Both the position numbers and the translations under genes were made by a program. This document shows positions 37,592 through 46,387 of a stretch of DNA of 64,000 nucleotides, in pieces. The first letter of the stretch is position 1. Each line of letters begins with the position of its first letter. This DNA comes from a virus. Location: IMG/VR virus record IMGVR_UViG_3300006947_000003, positions 32,001-96,000 of that record. The stretch is one strand, 5' to 3'. The notes below the pieces were generated by a model. The model saw nothing but the letters and a program-made list of their open reading frames with translations, ran no database searches and had not been told where the DNA came from.

Positions 37592-39354
37592 TGTTCAATT
37601 TGAATAGTATTACTGTTAAGAATTTCATGAGTGTAGGTAACAGTACACAAGCAATAGATTTTAATAGAGAAGACTTAACACTTGTACTTGGTGAGAACTT
37701 AGACTTAGGTGGAGATGATACAGGCGCTAGAAATGGTACTGGTAAAACTACAATCATTAATGCTTTAAGTTATGCCTTGTACGGTCAAGCACTTACTAAG
37801 ATTAGGGTTGACAATTTAATTAACAAAACAAACGGCAAAAACATGCTTGTTTGTTTAGAGTTTGAAAAGAATAACAAAAAATATAAAATTGAGCGTGGAA
37901 GAAGGCCAAATTTATTAAAATTTTATATCGACGAGCAAGAATTAGAAGTAGAAGACAATGCTCAAGGCGATAGTAGAGAAACACAGCATGAGATAATTCG
38001 TTTACTTGAGATGGGTCACGAAATGTTTAAGCACGTGGTTGCTCTTAACACTTACACAGAACCTTTCCTAAGTTTAAAAAATAACGACCAACGTGCTATC
38101 ATTGAGCAACTATTAGGTATTACTCTATTAAGTGAAAAAGCAGAAACGCTTAAAGATCAGATGAAGCGAAATAGAGATGATGCTAAAGAAGAAGAATTTA
38201 GAATTAAAGGTGTAGAGTCTGCTAATGAGCATATTAAAGAACAAATAGAAAATCTCAAACGCAGAAGTAAATTATGGGAAAATACTAAAGACGAACAAGT
38301 ACAAAAGTTAGAGAAAGCAATTATCGATTTAGGTGATGTGGATATTAACAACGAACTAGAACAACATACAAAATTATCTGATTTTAGGGACCTTAGACGA
38401 CTACAAACTACGCTTGAAAGTGACATTGCTAGTAGTGAACGTCAAGTAGATCGCCTTATTAGCACATCAGAAAAAGTTGCTAGTAGTTTAAAACATGTTG
38501 AAAATCATACATGCGATAGTTGTGGGCAAGACATTAAACACCTAAAAGAATACGAAGAAAAATTAAAACATCTCAAACAAGAACAAGAAGATACCGCAAT
38601 AGAATTACAAGAAGTAAACAAAAATCTTGCTTTACAAATCGTATTAAGAGTTGATGTAGGAGAGAAACCAGAAACATTTTATGCTGATTCTACAGAAGCA
38701 CACAATCATAAAAGTACTTTAACAACACTTGAAAACCAGCTAACAAATAAACTAGCAGAAGAAAATACATACAACGAACAGATAACTGAAATGCAAGTAT
38801 CGGGAATTCAAGAAATTGATTTTGTAATATTAGAGCAGTTAAATAATGTTAAAGAACACCAAGAGTTTTTACAAAAATTACTTACTAGTAAAGATAGTTT
38901 TGTTCGTAAACGTATTATTGAGCAGAATTTAGCATTTTTAAATAAACGTTTAACATACTATCTTGATCGAATTGGATTACCACATAAAGTGTTATTTCAA
39001 AATGATTTATCAATAGAGATTACTGAACTAGGGCGTGATTTAGACTTTGATAACTTATCTAGAGGCGAACGTAATCGACTAATTTTATCATTAAGTTGGG
39101 CATTTAGAGATGTATGGGAAAACTTATATCAACCGATAAATTTATTGTTTATCGACGAGCTAGTAGACTCAGGCATGGATACATCGGGTGTAGAAAGTTC
39201 GTTGGCTGTGTTGAAGCAAATATCTAGAGACAGAAAAAAGAGCATATGGCTTATCTCACATAGAGACGAGTTAGCTGGCAGAGTTAATAATGTTCTTACA
39301 GTAACTAAAGAAAACGGATTTACTAGTTACAACAACGACGTCAAAATCAATTAA
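37591..39354 (+). CDS. Recombination ATPase subunit, gp46/Rad50/SbcC-like
   Basis: NGTGKT Walker A, CDSC zinc hook, LSRGE signature, FIDE Walker B, ISH. Confidence 0.92.
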   Translation: MFNLNSITVKNFMSVGNSTQAIDFNREDLTLVLGENLDLGGDDTGARNGTGKTTIINALSYALYGQALTKIRVDNLINKTNGKNMLVCLEFEKNNKKYKIERGRRPNLLKFYIDEQELEVEDNAQGDSRETQHEIIRLLEMGHEMFKHVVALNTYTEPFLSLKNNDQRAIIEQLLGITLLSEKAETLKDQMKRNRDDAKEEEFRIKGVESANEHIKEQIENLKRRSKLWENTKDEQVQKLEKAIIDLGDVDINNELEQHTKLSDFRDLRRLQTTLESDIASSERQVDRLISTSEKVASSLKHVENHTCDSCGQDIKHLKEYEEKLKHLKQEQEDTAIELQEVNKNLALQIVLRVDVGEKPETFYADSTEAHNHKSTLTTLENQLTNKLAEENTYNEQITEMQVSGIQEIDFVILEQLNNVKEHQEFLQKLLTSKDSFVRKRIIEQNLAFLNKRLTYYLDRIGLPHKVLFQNDLSIEITELGRDLDFDNLSRGERNRLILSLSWAFRDVWENLYQPINLLFIDELVDSGMDTSGVESSLAVLKQISRDRKKSIWLISHRDELAGRVNNVLTVTKENGFTSYNNDVKIN

Positions 39355-39364
39355 AGGAGAATAA

Positions 39365-40780
39365 ATGAGACCGTACCACTTACTAGTACCATCGGATCGT
39401 GTCGCCCTGAGTGATAAAAATACCAAATTAACTTACAACGAATTTATTAAAGAAATACACAGGATTAATACCTGGTATAAAGAACAAGGATATCATGCTG
39501 GGCACAGAATTAGTGTAGTAGGTATTAACTCTGTTCAAACTTATTTGTACCTTTTCGCCGCGGCATTAGATATGTGTGCTACAACATTGCCATGGGGTGA
39601 TGATTTGAAACAAGCATATAAAAACGGCGAAGAAGGTGACTGGAAATTTAGGTTAGACGCTAACAAATCTAATGCTATTGTTTATGTTAACCTAGATGGT
39701 ACTGTTGATTTAGAACATTTACATTATGAAAAAAGTACAGTTCTTGACAAAGAAATAATGCTTTACTATAGCAGTGGAACAAGTCACCCGTACGGTTGGA
39801 CTAAAAGTTATCCAGTACCTTATGAACTAGATGAAAATAATTATGGCACTAGCCAAGATGTTACACATTATTATAGAGAACGTGGAAACAAATGGTATGG
39901 TAATCCAGAAACAAACAGAACAATTAATTCTATGGGTCCTTATATAGGTTGGGGACAAGAAGTTACATTTACAACAATAGCAAAAGGTGGGCATTGTCAT
40001 CTTATATACGAACAAGAAGAATATGCCGAAGCGGCTAAATGGGTTAAGCCTACATGGTTGGCAGGGTTTCCACTAGCATGGCAAAAAGTAATCGACAAAG
40101 GTGACAACGGTGGACACAGCATTGAGGTATTTGAGTATAGTGGTGCCGCACTTATCGATGGACAAAAAGAAGAATTTGAAAACTTCTTTGGGCATAGTAA
40201 TTGGATATGTGGTTACGGTGATGCCGCAACTGGTATGACACTTGTTAACTATTCAAATAATTTTGATACAATTGGTAAGCCAATTGATTGTCTTGTAAAC
40301 TCTGGTGCTGAATATCGATTATCAAAAGAAAATAGTACTATTGAATTTAGAGGTCCAATGACACCGGATGGTGATTGGTGGGACACGGGCGATATTGCTG
40401 AAATAAATGAAGACGGTAACTGGATATTAAAAGGTAGAGCAAATGAACTTATTATTGTAAGAGGTGGCGGTAAAGTATATCCGTTTGAAGTTGAGCATAT
40501 GATTTCACAGCATCCAGGTGTTAAAGAAATTTATGTTTATCCACAACCTGATGAGAATTTACATTTTGTACCGGCTTGTATATACAACGGCGATGTTTCG
40601 CCTGAAGATTTACAAGAATGGTGTAAAGATAAAATACAAACATTTAAGCAACCTGTAAAATATACAAGGCTAGTAAGCACCGTAGCAATATTACGTCAGG
40701 CAACATGTATTCCTAAAGTAAGTAGAGTAAATATACATAACACATTAATAGATAACCCGGATTGGATTAAAGATGAGTAG
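39365..40780 (+). CDS. Adenylate-forming (AMP-binding, acyl-CoA synthetase/ANL family) enzyme
   Basis: YSSGTS P-loop, GYG, DTGDI, GR.NELI...GG.KVYPFEVE...HPGV, terminal Lys in PKVSR. Confidence 0.8.
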   Translation: MRPYHLLVPSDRVALSDKNTKLTYNEFIKEIHRINTWYKEQGYHAGHRISVVGINSVQTYLYLFAAALDMCATTLPWGDDLKQAYKNGEEGDWKFRLDANKSNAIVYVNLDGTVDLEHLHYEKSTVLDKEIMLYYSSGTSHPYGWTKSYPVPYELDENNYGTSQDVTHYYRERGNKWYGNPETNRTINSMGPYIGWGQEVTFTTIAKGGHCHLIYEQEEYAEAAKWVKPTWLAGFPLAWQKVIDKGDNGGHSIEVFEYSGAALIDGQKEEFENFFGHSNWICGYGDAATGMTLVNYSNNFDTIGKPIDCLVNSGAEYRLSKENSTIEFRGPMTPDGDWWDTGDIAEINEDGNWILKGRANELIIVRGGGKVYPFEVEHMISQHPGVKEIYVYPQPDENLHFVPACIYNGDVSPEDLQEWCKDKIQTFKQPVKYTRLVSTVAILRQATCIPKVSRVNIHNTLIDNPDWIKDE

Positions 40781-41384
40781 CCTTAATAAAAATTTAAGTG
40801 ATAGTTATAATAATGGTTTCGACAACAAACAAGAACAAAGAAAACTTTATGATCATTGGGAAACATATACCCAAGATATATGCGATGAAGCAGGCTGGCT
40901 AGGACCAGTTAAAACAGCTAGATATGTAGTAGAAAATTATATTATTAAGTCTGTAGAAATTGCTGACTTAGGTTGTGGCCCTGGGCCAGTTGGCGAGATT
41001 CTTAAAGGTGCGGGCTACGTTAATGTAGATGGGTACGACTTAACAGAACACTTTGTAAGTAAAGCAAAACAGTTTTATAGAGATGCTACAGTTATAGATA
41101 TTACACAAGAATTGTTTCCTAAAAAATACGATATTATTATAGCAAGTGGTGTTTTTACCAAAGGACATTTAAGTTCGGCACCTGCTGAAAACATTGCTAA
41201 CAGTTTAAAAGAAAATGGTATGTTAGTTATAACAACGCCCGATATGGATAACTACAACTATATGGAAGAAGCAGGCTGGAACGAACAGCAATTCTTAACT
41301 GAGGTTAAACGTATCGGTCCTTGGCCCAGTTTAGTTACAACACATCAACACTATCATTCCTTGAGGATATTTAAGGCAACATGA
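40773..41384 (+). CDS. Class I SAM-dependent methyltransferase
   Basis: DLGCGPG motif I, GYDL, YD...SGVF..GH. Confidence 0.85.
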   Translation: MSSLNKNLSDSYNNGFDNKQEQRKLYDHWETYTQDICDEAGWLGPVKTARYVVENYIIKSVEIADLGCGPGPVGEILKGAGYVNVDGYDLTEHFVSKAKQFYRDATVIDITQELFPKKYDIIIASGVFTKGHLSSAPAENIANSLKENGMLVITTPDMDNYNYMEEAGWNEQQFLTEVKRIGPWPSLVTTHQHYHSLRIFKAT

Positions 41385-43237
41385 AAAACGTTTATCTAGC
41401 AAATTTTAGTATGACAATAAACCCGGGCAATCATAAATTCTTGCCTTATAGTGTTGCTGGGTTGTGGAGTTATGCTGAGCAAGATGAACAAATTAAAAAC
41501 GATTATAAACTAGCAGGTCTTTATTACGAAAAGAAAGACATGGATACAATAGTAGATGAACTAGTAGATCCGTTTATATTTGGATTTAGTGTTTATATTT
41601 GGAATGAAAACTATACAAATGAATTAGCAGAAAAAATTAAAACACGCTGGCCAGAGTGTATGATTATTTACGGCGGTCCTCAAGTTCCACAGGACAGCAA
41701 ACACGAATGGTGGAATGGTCACAAGTATGTAGATGTTGTTGTGTTTCAAGAAGGTGAAGAAATATTTAGAAATATATTACTAAACCCTAGCAAGGAATAT
41801 ATTGATACTCAGCCCAATACTGCTGTTAATTTTGGCACACATTGGAAAAATAATGTTGCGGGTAATAAAAGAAAAACAAGACAACGTGATTTAAGTAAAT
41901 TACCAAGTCCTTATTTGTCAGGCAATATGCCTAAAATAAAACCACACCATGCTATGCTTTTTGAAACAAACAGAGGATGTCCTTATGCTTGTTCATTTTG
42001 TGATTGGGGCGGACTTACTTACAGTAAATTAGTTAATCATGATATTAATAGACTAGAAGCAGAAATAGAATACGCTGGTAAAAATAAAATTGGCTTTTTA
42101 TATAGTGTTGATGCTAACTTTGGTATTTTAAAAGATCGAGATAGTGCTATTGCTGATATGATTATTGCCACAAAAAAGAAATATGGCTATCCTAAAACTT
42201 TCTTTGTTAACTGGGCAAAAAATGCCAATGAAGAAATTTTAATAATAGCAAAGAAAATGTTTGATGCTGGACTTATTAAAAGTTTTATTATGAGTTTACA
42301 AACACTAACACCATTAGCATTAGAACTTATAAAGCGTGATAACATGGATAGTAACGACTACGAATTCTTTGCTAAACGTTGTGCTGAATTAGGTTTGCCA
42401 TTTGACTGTGAACTTATTGTTGGTAACCCTGGTGAAACTGTAGACAGTTGGAAAGATACTTACATAGAAATTACAAACTACCAAGAACTAACAACATACT
42501 TGTATCCTTTAGCATTATTACCTAATGCTGAATTAGGCAGTACAGCAAGTCGAGAAGAATTTGGATTTAAAACTATCCGTAGGCCTTTTCCTGGAGTACT
42601 AAATGAGGAAACAAAAGAAGATATAGAACTTGTAGTTTCCACAAAGTGGTTATCTGAAGATGACTTAAAACACATTTGGGAATGGACATGGACTACTAGA
42701 ACAGGGCATGAATTTAATTTTTTACGTGATGCCGCAGATTATTTAGATAGAAAAAAAATTGTATCTAAGAAACAATTTTATGATGATTGGTATTTGTTTG
42801 TTATTAATGGTAACGGGTTAATTAAAAGACATTTTGAAAAAGCAAAAGGAAGAATTGACGAATATATATTTGGATTAGCAAGTCAAAGTTTAGGTTACAG
42901 AGAAAACTTAACAGAAAAACGAGATGAGTTTTATGCCGAAGCAAGGACTTTCCTTGAACAGTACAGCATAGATAAAGACATCTTAACTGAACTTATTAAG
43001 TATTGTGATGCTAGGCTATTTGACTATGATGCTAATTATCCTATTACTAAAACATTTAACTACGACTTTATACATGATGTAAAAAGGAAAACAACAATAG
43101 AATTTACACCAACACTAAATGGTGCTACTACTACAACTGCTCATTTACTTTTAGAAGGAAGTGATAGAGTTAGTGACAACTTTAAAATAAGGCAGACATT
43201 AACATGTACTCTGAACGATCCAAAGATAATTTTGTAG
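41381..43237 (+). CDS. Cobalamin-binding radical SAM enzyme
   Basis: N-terminal B12 domain (GFSVYIWN, GGPQ, EGE); ETNRGCPYACSFCDWG; DANFG; G.PGET. Confidence 0.88.
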   Translation: MKNVYLANFSMTINPGNHKFLPYSVAGLWSYAEQDEQIKNDYKLAGLYYEKKDMDTIVDELVDPFIFGFSVYIWNENYTNELAEKIKTRWPECMIIYGGPQVPQDSKHEWWNGHKYVDVVVFQEGEEIFRNILLNPSKEYIDTQPNTAVNFGTHWKNNVAGNKRKTRQRDLSKLPSPYLSGNMPKIKPHHAMLFETNRGCPYACSFCDWGGLTYSKLVNHDINRLEAEIEYAGKNKIGFLYSVDANFGILKDRDSAIADMIIATKKKYGYPKTFFVNWAKNANEEILIIAKKMFDAGLIKSFIMSLQTLTPLALELIKRDNMDSNDYEFFAKRCAELGLPFDCELIVGNPGETVDSWKDTYIEITNYQELTTYLYPLALLPNAELGSTASREEFGFKTIRRPFPGVLNEETKEDIELVVSTKWLSEDDLKHIWEWTWTTRTGHEFNFLRDAADYLDRKKIVSKKQFYDDWYLFVINGNGLIKRHFEKAKGRIDEYIFGLASQSLGYRENLTEKRDEFYAEARTFLEQYSIDKDILTELIKYCDARLFDYDANYPITKTFNYDFIHDVKRKTTIEFTPTLNGATTTTAHLLLEGSDRVSDNFKIRQTLTCTLNDPKIIL

Positions 43238-43764
43238 CAGAAACTTCTATAGGATATAACATAGATGAGTTCTCATACTTGTACGACAAGTACGATAGAG
43301 AATTTGAAATGTATCACAGTAAATATGGGATACCTTTAGGACTAGAAGTTGTATATAATCCAAATATTCTAAAAGAACCTATTATACAATATTGGATTGG
43401 ATACTTTGAAAAATTTGGTTTAACATTTAATTTTGAAAAAGATGAAAGTATGCCCGGCAGTGGCCAAGCAGGGTTCCAACTAGTAAGAACTAATTTTCAA
43501 GAAAAAGCTACCAGCGTTGATATCCATCAAGATAACTTTAGAACAGCCGGATTAATAATTCCGTTATCATTCCCTCAGCGTATACAATGGTATGACGACG
43601 AAGATAATTTGCTTTATGATCACAATTATACAAAGATTACTTTTATAAATGCTGGCGGTCATAGACACGGGGTAAATTATTCACCAGAGCCTAGATGGCA
43701 ATTTCAACTAGATTGTTTCAACAGTTGGGAAGAAATCAACAATATAGTCCTAAAAAATTTATAA
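43204..43764 (+). CDS. Probable 2OG-Fe(II) dioxygenase-fold protein
   Basis: HQD (HxD) ... HGV ... R..FQL pattern of the double-stranded beta-helix. Confidence 0.6.
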   Translation: MYSERSKDNFVAETSIGYNIDEFSYLYDKYDREFEMYHSKYGIPLGLEVVYNPNILKEPIIQYWIGYFEKFGLTFNFEKDESMPGSGQAGFQLVRTNFQEKATSVDIHQDNFRTAGLIIPLSFPQRIQWYDDEDNLLYDHNYTKITFINAGGHRHGVNYSPEPRWQFQLDCFNSWEEINNIVLKNL

Positions 43765-43807
43765 ATCTCTTATTAGTTCAGAAACCTTTACTGTAGGTAC
43801 CTATAAC

Positions 43808-43837
43808 TGTAAATAACATTGACTGTAGAATACAGTC
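43808..43837 (+). promoter_or_regulatory. Late promoter (TGTAAATA) plus 5' hairpin before the Hc1-like gene
   Basis: TAAATA box 43808-43815; GACTGTA-GAA-TACAGTC hairpin 43821-43837; AAGGAG RBS. Confidence 0.5.
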
Positions 43838-43859
43838 CTTATTAATAAAGGAGAAAGTA

Positions 43860-44039
43860 ATGTCAACATTACACGACCAAATAACAGAAGCATATGTAAA
43901 CTATATTGCAGAAGCAGAAAAGTTTGATACTAAAGGAAATAAAGCCGCGGCGACTAGAGCTCGTAAAGCACTAGGAGATTTATCTAAGCTAGGTAAGTCA
44001 CGTAGAGCCGAAATACAAGAAAAAAAGAACGCTATGTAA
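43860..44039 (+). CDS. Histone H1-like Hc1-family small basic protein, 59 aa
   Basis: Not in ORF track. Hand translation: MSTLHDQITEAYVNYIAEAEKFDTKGNKAAATRARKALGDLSKLGKSRRAEIQEKKNAM. KGNKAA.TRARK is the Hc1 hallmark; strong RBS. Confidence 0.8.
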   Translation: MSTLHDQITEAYVNYIAEAEKFDTKGNKAAATRARKALGDLSKLGKSRRAEIQEKKNAM

Positions 44040-44078
44040 TTAGAGTTCTTTCTTAATTAAGAAAGATAATATTAATTT

Positions 44079-44591
44079 ATGCCAAGCCCACAAAAAGCAA
44101 AAGGATCAGGTTGGGAACGAGATGTCGCAAGATTCTTGTCCGGACTATACGGTGAAACGTTTATAAGAGCACCTGGTTCTGGTGCTTATGTGGGTGGGGT
44201 TAATAAAGCAAGAAAAGAATATTTACACGAAGGCCAAATCAGAGCTTTCAAAGGAGACATTGTACCTGGACAAAGTTTTCCTAAACTAAATGTAGAATGT
44301 AAGTTTTATAAGCAATTCTCATTTCACAGACTGTTACGACCTGAACCACTTCCTCAATTAGAAGAATGGATATCACAACTTATGGATGTAGCAGATCCGG
44401 ACGATTTCAATATGTTAATAATGAAATTCAATCAAGTAGGCAAATACATCGCTATAGAATCAAAATACAAATCAAAATCAAAAAATTACATAGACTATTG
44501 GTCAAACACTACAGGTTCAAACTGGCGTATATCAGACTTTGAAGAATTTTTCACAAGAAATTCAGATTTAGTTAAAACGCTTTGTGCCTAG
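44079..44591 (+). CDS. Holliday junction resolvase (PD-(D/E)xK, Hjc/T5 D14-like)
   Basis: KAKG..WER.VA, R.PGSGA, GD, VECK. Confidence 0.75.
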   Translation: MPSPQKAKGSGWERDVARFLSGLYGETFIRAPGSGAYVGGVNKARKEYLHEGQIRAFKGDIVPGQSFPKLNVECKFYKQFSFHRLLRPEPLPQLEEWISQLMDVADPDDFNMLIMKFNQVGKYIAIESKYKSKSKNYIDYWSNTTGSNWRISDFEEFFTRNSDLVKTLCA

Positions 44592-44603
44592 CATAATATA
44601 CTA

Positions 44604-44655
44604 TTAACAACAACTTTTAATCGCAACTCTTAACCGCAACTCTTAACCGCAACCA
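44604..44655. repeat. Tandem array of four 13-bp units (consensus TTAACCGCAACTC)
   Basis: TTAACAACAACTT, TTAATCGCAACTC, TTAACCGCAACTC, TTAACCGCAACCA. Confidence 0.85.
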
Positions 44656-44659
44656 AATA

Positions 44660-44990
44660 GCTACCTCGAAATCATGCCCTTGAGGGCATACGACATCGTA
44701 TGTTCGGAATCTGGGTTGTAGCAAGTAAAGGCATTTACTTCAAGTGCTAAAAGATAGAGGCTCTGTGAAACAGATACAACCTCAACAATTGATATGTTGG
44801 ATATCTCGGTATATCAAATGTTCCGTGACTAATGTGAAGCTGAAGTAGGGGGTTAGCGGGTCGCCGCCTCCGATAGTAGAAATACTAAATCTTCTTATGA
44901 TATGATGGGTGAGTTACTCGAATGATGAACAATCCTTACTTTGCCCCTAGCGGGTGAAGTATGGGCAAAATATCTGAATGATAAACTAAC
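44660..44990 (+). ncRNA. Candidate large structured non-coding RNA
   Basis: Region without a listed ORF, more GC-rich than its flanks, with at least 8 consecutive stems including a GAAA-tetraloop hairpin. Family not recognised; ends approximate. Confidence 0.55.
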
Positions 44991-45158
44991 TGTATTCCAT
45001 TAATTAAAAAAAAAATGTTTTGAACGACAGTGATAAAACTTATCAACGGAGTTGATAACATTACAATACTTTATTGTTATTATGTTTCTGAAAGCTCTGA
45101 TAAAAATAGTTTGCTAACATATTCTTATTGATTCCATTAATAATACTAAGTGTATCTA

Positions 45159-45395
45159 TTACATTAGTGGAAGTTTTGAGCTCTCAGTATTTTTGATATT
45201 TTGTTTGATTATTTCGTGTATTTGTTCACGTTCAGATGGTGATAGTGCCATAGCTTCGGTATACGATATGCCACCTCGCATATACCAAGTTGTCTCCAAC
45301 AAATCTTTTTGTAAGGCTTTTGACTCATTGTCAAAACTTTGGAGTAATTTGACAATGTTGTCATTGTCTAGTGCCAAAAGCCTTATCCGAAAAAA
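45159..45395 (-). CDS. Tail assembly chaperone C-terminal part, likely reached by -1 frameshift from the upstream gene
   Basis: ORF has only a TTG start with no RBS; its frame stays open back to the slippery T TTT TTC (45395-45389); WYMRGGISY.EA..L...ER motif. Confidence 0.6.
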   Translation of the reverse strand, partial: FFRIRLLALDNDNIVKLLQSFDNESKALQKDLLETTWYMRGGISYTEAMALSPSEREQIHEIIKQNIKNTESSKLPLM

Positions 45396-46309
45396 GTTGA
45401 GTTGTCAATAGTAAACGGTTGCGACCATTTCTCCCCACAAGGGGTATTGACACCTTCTAAATCAGTAGCACCATCACACTCGAATTGAATAGGTTTGATG
45501 GTTGATTGATTCTTATTCTCTTCTAAATGTTCTTTAATACTATTGTATATACTTCGATCACAGTTTGCTACAAATTCTTTTAGTTGTTGCCGATCAGTAA
45601 CAACTGTGCTGTCTGGCAATTCGATTTTAAGAATTGCCTCTGATAAAATACCAACTGAATATACAGTTAATCTAACAAACGCATCTTGAAACTTGTCAAT
45701 ACGATCTTGTTCAGTCATGCCGTCGTCAGTAGCAATACCTTGTATTAGTCGTTGCTGTTCAAAGTTCTTAATAGCTTCTTTAGTAACTGCTTCGTATGTT
45801 AATGGTTGAAAGTATATCTTTAAATCACTAACATTAATTAATGGCTTATATGATGGTACTGTAACCCTCTCTATAATAGTTTTAAGATCTAGTTCAAACT
45901 CGTTTTCTTCGCTACATTTAGGACACACACCTTTAAGTGTTGTTGTTTCGCCATATGTAGCAATTCTAATACTAACAAGAATCATGTCAACATCTAATGC
46001 ACAGACTTTCCAGGCATTTTTAATTCCTGGAATACAACTTTGAATAACTTCAACAGTAGTAGCACCGTTCATTAATGCGTCTGGTGTTCTCATTAGAATT
46101 TCGTCTTTAGCTGTCATTGGATAAACAGCCAATTCTCCGTTAACTGGAATTTCAATTTCATCCGGTGTATTAAATTCACCTTTGCTTGGCAATGAAATAT
46201 AAAGTGCCGGTCTACGAAAATATGCTTGTAATGGATTAACCGGTGTTTCCGGTTTTGTTACCTTAGTTGCCATTTCTGGAACTTTATTATTTGTTTCTAT
46301 AGTACTCAT
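45383..46309 (-). CDS. Baseplate hub assembly/tail chaperone, gp26-like
   Basis: LPSKG, PMTAKDE, D.D..L..IR..TYG, CPKC zinc ribbon, ends FF. Start set at ATG 46309 by a GGAGG RBS. Confidence 0.7.
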   Translation of the reverse strand: MSTIETNNKVPEMATKVTKPETPVNPLQAYFRRPALYISLPSKGEFNTPDEIEIPVNGELAVYPMTAKDEILMRTPDALMNGATTVEVIQSCIPGIKNAWKVCALDVDMILVSIRIATYGETTTLKGVCPKCSEENEFELDLKTIIERVTVPSYKPLINVSDLKIYFQPLTYEAVTKEAIKNFEQQRLIQGIATDDGMTEQDRIDKFQDAFVRLTVYSVGILSEAILKIELPDSTVVTDRQQLKEFVANCDRSIYNSIKEHLEENKNQSTIKPIQFECDGATDLEGVNTPCGEKWSQPFTIDNSTFFG

Positions 46310-46321
46310 GAATTTTCCTCC

Positions 46322-46361
46322 GCTAAATACAATATAATAGTAGTTAGTCATATTATTTATA
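46322..46361. promoter_or_regulatory. Pair of late promoters for the divergent chaperone and tape measure genes
   Basis: Plus GCTAAATA (46322-46329); minus TATAAATA (46361-46354). Confidence 0.55.
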
Positions 46362-46387
46362 TGAGTATATAATGGTGAAATGAAAAC

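Noticed and set aside
44604-44655. Mini-CRISPR array
   Set aside because: The units are 13 bp, directly abutting, with no spacers, and there are no cas genes in the window.
44815-44910. Group I intron core (GTTCCGTGACTA resembles the R element)
   Set aside because: No complementary TAGTC S element follows it, and no interrupted gene flanks it.
44660-44990. RNase P RNA, tmRNA or tRNA
   Set aside because: No GAGGAAAGTCC P4 motif, no tRNA-like T-arm with CCA end, and no cloverleaf found.
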